Shown piece by piece: positions 58,948 through 64,000 of a DNA stretch of 64,000 nucleotides. The stretch comes from Candidatus Eiseniibacteriota bacterium (GTDB lineage: Bacteria > Eisenbacteria > RBG-16-71-46). Both the position numbers and the translations under genes were made by a program. The notes below the pieces were generated by a model. That model was not told where the DNA came from, searched no databases, and saw only the letters and a list, made by a program, of their open reading frames with translations. The stretch lies in the NCBI GenBank assembly GCA_963776245.1, contig CAVZLN010000009.1:32001-96000 (forward strand), in the 5' to 3' direction. Every line of letters starts with the position of its first letter. The first letter of the stretch is position 1.

Positions 58948-61227
58948 TCAGGCGGTCGCGCGCCCGAGGTCCATGATGCGGCGGATCATCGCGAGCATCG
59001 CGCTCACCAGCATGATGATCGCCCCCACCCACACGCAGTTGATGAGCGGCTTGGTGCTCACCTCGACCGCGAGGATCCCGCCCTGCGGACCGTCGGCACT
59101 TCCGCCGGGCAGGTCGAGCGCTACCCTGCCGCCCTGTCCGGGATCCACCGCCGCCACCGTGACCTGTCCGCCGCCCGGCATGTAGTCCGGTGTCTGGCGG
59201 GGCTGGCCCGTGGCCATGTCCATCTCGTAGACCGGCTTCAACGGCACCGTGCGACCGCCGGTCTCGGCCGTGATCCGGGCCACCAGGCGCACCTTGCCCT
59301 GGTCCATCTGGCGGTCGAAGTCCTCGAAGGTGTACCGCACCTGCCCGATCTGGCGCGTCTCACCCTTGCGGAACCACGTCGCGTTCGCCTCCGGCCCGCT
59401 GCCCACCAGGTCGAGCGGCGAGATGTACACGTCGTGCGACAGGTAGTGTTCGATGTGCGGCTTCTTCATGTAGCCCTGGTTGAACTCGCTCCAGTACATC
59501 GACGGCCGGGCGTCGAAACGCGTGCGCTTGTCGACCGTGGTCACGGCGATCACGGCGTGGTCCTTGCCGCTGCCGTCCTTGCTCATGCCCTGGAAGGTCA
59601 TCCAGTACCCGAGCGCGGCGCGCGGCTGGCCCTGCGGCAATTGCACCTGCACCGCGTCCCCGTAGTTCGACGACGCCACCACCCCGAGCAGCAGCACCGA
59701 GACCCCGGTGTGCGAGAGGAATGCGACGCCGTGCTTCCACCCGGCCCGGAAGCCCCGCACCGTGACCACCACATTGGAGGCCAGCGCGAACGCCGCGGCG
59801 AACACCATGCCGGTGGGCAGCGCGTCCCGCACCCCGAGGGCGAAGGCCCCCGCGGTGGCGAGCAGCGCGAGGCCCAACGGGGGCAGCGCCGCGCGCACCA
59901 GCGGCCGCGTCTCCTGGTTGCGCCAGCGCATCATCGGCGCGACCCCGAGCAGCAGGCACATGGCGATCCCGAGCGGCGCGTTCACCAGGTTGTAGTACGT
60001 GGTCTGCACGTTGGACGGCGGGCCGAACAGCCGCGTGATCAGCGGCGCGCTCATGCCCACCGCGGTGAGCGCACACATGAGCATGAAGGTGAGCTGCCCG
60101 AGCCACATCATGGATTCGCGCGAGAAGTTCCCGAGCGGCTGGGACGGCCTCGGGATGTCGCGCAGCCGCCACAGCAGCGCGCCGTAACCGACCACGATCG
60201 CGAGGAACAGGAAGGAGAGCAGGAAGCCGTTGAGCCCCAGGTTCACGAACGAGTGGACCGAGAAGTCCGCCAGCACGCCGCTGCGCGTCAGGAACGACGC
60301 GTAGAGCACCAGCACATAGGAGGTCACCGCGAGGAAGAAGTTCGTGCGCCGCAGGCTGCCGGTGACGCGCTGCACCATCAGGCCGTGGAGCAGCGCGATG
60401 TTGGACAGCCACGGGATGAGCGAGCCGTTCTCGACCGGGTCCCAGCCCCAGTAGCCGCCCCAGCCGAGCACCTTGTACGCCCACACGCCGCCCATGATGA
60501 AGCCGCACGACAGCACCGCGGTCGAGAACACCGCCCACGGCATCACCGGCTTGAGCCACCCGTCGTAGTCCCGCTTCACCAGCGCCGCCATCGCCAGCGA
60601 GAACGGCAACGCCAGCGAGGAGAAGCCGGTGAACAGCACCGGCGGGTGGATGGTCATCCACGGGTCCTGCAGCAGCGGATTGAGCCCGTTGCCATCCACC
60701 GGGACCTGCCCGGCGGGGAAGGTGAGGAACGGCCCCCGCATCACGCTCACCAGGCCGAGCATCACCAGCGGCAGGTTGAGGAAGAACATCGCCGGCGTGG
60801 TGAGCGGCCCCTTGGTGCGCATCAGGAACAGCCCGAGCGTGGTGGTGAGCAGCGCCCACAGCATGAACGTACCCTCCTGCCCGCCCCAGAACGCCGCGTA
60901 CACGTAGTGCGGGGGCATCGACAGCGAGGAGTACGACGCGACGTACTGGAAGCGGAACTGGTGGGTGAAGAGGATGTGCCAGAGGAAGACCGCGGCCGCC
61001 AGCAGCGCGACCCACTGGATGCGGAAGGCGACGCGCGCCGGCACCAGCGCGCTCTCGCGGCCGGTGGTGGCCGCGAGGAACGAGAGCGCCGACACGACCG
61101 ACGCCAGGAACGCGACCCAGGTGAGGGTCTGTCCGGGATTCAGGAGCCCCGCCGCGCCCAGCGCGGCCGGGATGAGCAGGATGGGAAGAGCGGCGGCCAG
61201 GCCAAGGGTGACCGGCCGGCCGGTCAC
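58948..61227 (-). CDS. ccmF: Cytochrome c biogenesis heme lyase CcmF
   Basis: FWGGQEG, GLNPLLQ..WM.IHPP, WGGYWGWDPVEN, TRSG....SVHSF, KPLIN.VW.G. Confidence 0.93.
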   Translation of the reverse strand: MTGRPVTLGLAAALPILLIPAALGAAGLLNPGQTLTWVAFLASVVSALSFLAATTGRESALVPARVAFRIQWVALLAAAVFLWHILFTHQFRFQYVASYSSLSMPPHYVYAAFWGGQEGTFMLWALLTTTLGLFLMRTKGPLTTPAMFFLNLPLVMLGLVSVMRGPFLTFPAGQVPVDGNGLNPLLQDPWMTIHPPVLFTGFSSLALPFSLAMAALVKRDYDGWLKPVMPWAVFSTAVLSCGFIMGGVWAYKVLGWGGYWGWDPVENGSLIPWLSNIALLHGLMVQRVTGSLRRTNFFLAVTSYVLVLYASFLTRSGVLADFSVHSFVNLGLNGFLLSFLFLAIVVGYGALLWRLRDIPRPSQPLGNFSRESMMWLGQLTFMLMCALTAVGMSAPLITRLFGPPSNVQTTYYNLVNAPLGIAMCLLLGVAPMMRWRNQETRPLVRAALPPLGLALLATAGAFALGVRDALPTGMVFAAAFALASNVVVTVRGFRAGWKHGVAFLSHTGVSVLLLGVVASSNYGDAVQVQLPQGQPRAALGYWMTFQGMSKDGSGKDHAVIAVTTVDKRTRFDARPSMYWSEFNQGYMKKPHIEHYLSHDVYISPLDLVGSGPEANATWFRKGETRQIGQVRYTFEDFDRQMDQGKVRLVARITAETGGRTVPLKPVYEMDMATGQPRQTPDYMPGGGQVTVAAVDPGQGGRVALDLPGGSADGPQGGILAVEVSTKPLINCVWVGAIIMLVSAMLAMIRRIMDLGRATA

Positions 61228-61607
61228 GAGGTCTTTCCCTGTTCGGCCATGGCCTGGTACTTCGACGGACATTTCACCAGCAACTGATCGGCCTCGAAGT
61301 GGTCGCCCTGATACCGCCCGATGGCCACGATCGAGGTCGCCTGGTCGAAGTTGCCCGGCACCGTGCCGCGGTACACCACCTTCAGCACCTCCCGGTTCGA
61401 GTCCTTGAGGTTGAACTCGAGGAACTGCTCGTCCTTCTTGAGGACGTAGTTCTTGTCCGCCAGCACCCCATTGACCTGCACCATCCCCGACGACCGGCGG
61501 GCCTCCGCGAACGAGATGTAGGGGGTCACGGACTTCTTGAAGCTCGTCACGCCGATCGCCACGGCCACGACCAGCAGCGCGATTGCCACGATGGCTTTCG
61601 GGTTCAT
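61224..61607 (-). CDS. ccmE: Heme chaperone CcmE (Cys variant)
   Basis: N-terminal TM, V.Y.G..P.NF, C-terminal KCPSKY. Confidence 0.9.
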   Translation of the reverse strand: MNPKAIVAIALLVVAVAIGVTSFKKSVTPYISFAEARRSSGMVQVNGVLADKNYVLKKDEQFLEFNLKDSNREVLKVVYRGTVPGNFDQATSIVAIGRYQGDHFEADQLLVKCPSKYQAMAEQGKTS

Positions 61608-61726
61608 CGTTTCTCCAGGTCCTTGATGCGACGCTCCAGGCGCAGCACATAGAAGAAGAGCAGGCCCCACACCAGCAGGGCGACGAGCAAGACGGCGCTA
61701 TCGTCAGGACTCAGCGGGAATCTCAG
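61604..61726 (-). CDS. ccmD: CcmD-like small protein (not in ORF track, probable CTG start)
   Basis: AGGAGG-N5-CTG, giving MRFPLSPDDSAVLLVALLVWGLLFFYVLRLERRIKDLEKR. Stop overlaps the ccmE ATG (ATGA). Confidence 0.75.
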   Translation of the reverse strand: MRFPLSPDDSAVLLVALLVWGLLFFYVLRLERRIKDLEKR

Positions 61727-61745
61727 GGGATCCTCCTTCCGGCCG

Positions 61746-62402
61746 TCAGGCCGAGGCGGCCGACTCCAGGCGCCCGCGCTCGACGCGCCCGAGCCGGACG
61801 CGCAGCGAGAGCAGCCAGAAGAACAGGACGGTGAAGCCCACCAGCATCATCGAGAACGCGAGGGTGATGCGGCGGTCCATGTCCACCTTGCCCTGGGGAT
61901 TGATGATCGGGTCCGGGTGGAGCGTGGCGAGCATGCGCGGCACGACGAAGATGAGGAACGGCACCGAGACGAAGGCCACCGTGGAATACACCGCCGAGAG
62001 CCGCGCGCGCTTGCGCTCGTCATCGAGCGCGCTGCGCAGCGCCAGGTAGGCGCCGTAGATCAGCAGCAGGAAGAAGATCGAGGTCTCGCGCGGGTCCCAG
62101 TTCCAGTAGGCGCCCCACTTCGCCTTGGCCCAGATGGCGCCGCTGACGGTGGCCCCGACGCAGAACAGCAGTCCGAGCTCGGCCGCGCCCGCGGCATGGT
62201 CGTCGTGCCGGAGGTCCTGGGTGCGGAGGTAGGCGATGCTGTGGCCCATCGACCAGGCGAGCGCCACCACGGTGATCCACGCGCACGGGATGTGCAGGTA
62301 GAGCACGCGCGTCGTGTCTCCCAGCACCGGCACCACCGGCGCGAGGAAGGCGGCGATCAGCCAGCCGGAGATCCACAGGAACAGCAACCAACGTGCGAGC
62401 AC
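61746..62402 (-). CDS. ccmC: Heme exporter CcmC
   Basis: Y.H.P.AW, WWD-like WAK.KWGAYWNWDPRET, LHP. Confidence 0.92.
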   Translation of the reverse strand: MLARWLLFLWISGWLIAAFLAPVVPVLGDTTRVLYLHIPCAWITVVALAWSMGHSIAYLRTQDLRHDDHAAGAAELGLLFCVGATVSGAIWAKAKWGAYWNWDPRETSIFFLLLIYGAYLALRSALDDERKRARLSAVYSTVAFVSVPFLIFVVPRMLATLHPDPIINPQGKVDMDRRITLAFSMMLVGFTVLFFWLLSLRVRLGRVERGRLESAASA

Positions 62403-62413
62403 GGGGGGTCCTC

Positions 62414-63088
62414 CTAATCGTCCCAGAGGTGATCGTAGAGTAGCAGGCTTACGGCCATCAGCGCGACCGTGTAGGAGGCGAGCAGACGCGCCTCCCCCAT
62501 CGCGGACTGCCCCGCCCACTGGGCCTTGGTCCCGCTCACCGCGGCGGCGAGCACCGGCAGCAGGATCGGGAACGAGGCGCCCGCGAACAGCGCTCCGCGT
62601 CCGCGGGTCTGGGCGATGATGCCGGCCACCAGCGTCGCGGCGGTGGCCAGCGCCAGGCTCCCGAGCACCAGCAGGCCGATGAACACGCCCCAGCGCGGGG
62701 ACGGCGCGCCCATCAGCATCATGTAGAGCGGCACCGTCACCAGTTCGATCACGCCGAGGAACAGGATGTTGAACAGCAGCTTCCCCAGCGCGATCGCGGT
62801 GGGGGACGCGACCAGCCGCAGCAGGGTGTCGGTCTTCCCCTCGACCTCGCGCACGAAGGCGTGGCTGAGCGAGGACAGCGCCGCGAACAGCAGCACCACC
62901 CACAGCAACGCCGACAGCAGATCGGTCCGGTCGGTGAGCCGGCCGACGGTGAAGCTCACCGCGGTGAGGGTGGTGATCGCGAACAGCAGTGCCGCGTTCA
63001 GTCCGTAGCGCGTGCGCCACTCGCTGCGGCACTCCTTACGCAGGACCGCCCAGACCGCGCCCGGCGAGTTCGATGCGCCGTTCGGCAA
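62414..63088 (-). CDS. ccmB: Heme exporter CcmB
   Basis: KE.RSE.R, F.RE.E..T...L, GKL..N, FPILLP. Confidence 0.88.
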   Translation of the reverse strand: MPNGASNSPGAVWAVLRKECRSEWRTRYGLNAALLFAITTLTAVSFTVGRLTDRTDLLSALLWVVLLFAALSSLSHAFVREVEGKTDTLLRLVASPTAIALGKLLFNILFLGVIELVTVPLYMMLMGAPSPRWGVFIGLLVLGSLALATAATLVAGIIAQTRGRGALFAGASFPILLPVLAAAVSGTKAQWAGQSAMGEARLLASYTVALMAVSLLLYDHLWDD

Positions 63089-63704
63089 GTCTCCACTCCC
63101 TCTCTTCGTTGGTGGCGATGAGCACCAGCCCGGTGCGGGCGTGCTCGGCGACGAAACGCTCCATGACCTGGCGCCCCTCCTCGTCCATGTGCGCGCCCGG
63201 TTCGTCGAGCAGCAGCACCGGCGGGGCATGGAGCAGCGCGAACGCGAGCCGCAGGCGCTGCTTCATGCCCGACGACAGGGCCGCGACGCGGTCGTGCGCG
63301 CGCCTTTCCAGCCCGACGCGCTCCAGCGCCGCGAACGCCGCCCGGCCCGGGGCCGCCAGCCCGTGCGCCTCGGCGGCGAACGCGAGGTTCTCGTGGCAGG
63401 TGAACTCCGGATAGAACGCGAGCTCGGGCGTCGCCAGGCCGATGTGGCGCCGCCGGTCGGCCGGCGGGATCGCGCGCCCGTCCCGCGTCAGACGCGTCGA
63501 GCCGTCGGTCGGCCGCAGCAGGCCCGAGAGGATGCGCAGCAGGGTGCTCTTGCCCGAGCCGTTCGCGCCCGTCACCGCGACCACGCCCGGGGCCGCGGCC
63601 GTGAACGAGACCGTCTGCAGGCCGCGCCGGCCGGCGTAGCGGTGCGCGAGCCCCTCGCCGGCCAGCGTGACCGCCGCCACCCCGGGCGTCGGGACGGCGC
63701 TCAC
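63036..63704 (-). CDS. ccmA: Heme ABC exporter ATPase CcmA
   Basis: GANGSGKST, LSSGMKQR, LLLDEP. Located upstream of ccmB. Confidence 0.88.
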   Translation of the reverse strand: MSAVPTPGVAAVTLAGEGLAHRYAGRRGLQTVSFTAAAPGVVAVTGANGSGKSTLLRILSGLLRPTDGSTRLTRDGRAIPPADRRRHIGLATPELAFYPEFTCHENLAFAAEAHGLAAPGRAAFAALERVGLERRAHDRVAALSSGMKQRLRLAFALLHAPPVLLLDEPGAHMDEEGRQVMERFVAEHARTGLVLIATNEEREWRLAERRIELAGRGLGGPA

Positions 63705-64000
63705 GCGCCCCCGCCGGTGCGGGCCGCGGCCGGCCGGTCGAGCAGTTCGCCGAGGGCGGGCAGGATGAGCTCGCGCGCTTCCTCCCGCGAACCCCTCAGG
63801 AGCACGCCGGCCGCGTGCGGATGACCGCCGCCGCCGAGCTGCGAGCACACCCGGTCGATGGACACGCGCCCGGTGGAGCGCAGGCTGACCTTCACCTTGC
63901 CCGGTTCGACCTCGGAGAACAGCGCCACCACGTCCACGCCCGCGATGTTGCGCGGCATGTCCACCAGCCCCTCGGTGTCGGCCGCGACCAGCCCATGCCG
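63701..64000 (-). CDS. DHH family phosphoesterase (NrnA-like), C-terminal DHHA1 fragment
   Basis: KVSLRS....GGGGH..AAG. Truncated by the window end. Confidence 0.8.
   Translation of the reverse strand, partial: RHGLVAADTEGLVDMPRNIAGVDVVALFSEVEPGKVKVSLRSTGRVSIDRVCSQLGGGGHPHAAGVLLRGSREEARELILPALGELLDRPAAARTGGGA

Overview
Very GC-rich bacterial chromosome segment. It is Gram-negative-like (TonB-dependent receptor, Ccm system, type IV pilus genes); an uncultured FCB-related lineage such as Ca. Eisenbacteria is my inference only. About 55 CDS. From left to right: ApbE; a sigma54-driven type IV minor-pilin operon (fimT/pilV/pilW/pilX/pilY1/pilY2-like plus an Ig-domain lipoprotein, heavily frameshifted) preceded by three GT-C-like membrane glycosyltransferases; MFS, ald, CoA-transferase; type III PKS plus ICMT methyltransferase; membrane PP2C; queF/miaB; ROK kinase; Ntn acylase; E1 alpha-beta fusion; GT2 and DUF2079-like; ggt; gcdH-like; a LytS-TPR-TBDR-LytTR cassette; an hcrCAB-like molybdoenzyme operon (xdhC, mocA, LOG, kynureninase-like, then thyX, fdhD); FAD oxidoreductase; a stand-alone HNH gene; aldolase and fbp; arsC-like, DUF72, dinB; ccmABCDEF; partial DHH. 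No rRNA, tRNA or canonical CRISPR-Cas was seen. The most unusual signals are: (1) an in-frame array of five 22-bp covarying palindromes, four at an exact 36-bp period with unique 14-nt spacers, inside the HNH nuclease gene, which also has a structured 5' leader; (2) a dispersed hairpin element with a conserved core and locus-specific perfect inverted arms at 21.5 kb and 50.3 kb; (3) a TGCAC-N4-GTGCA operator in the dinB promoter.
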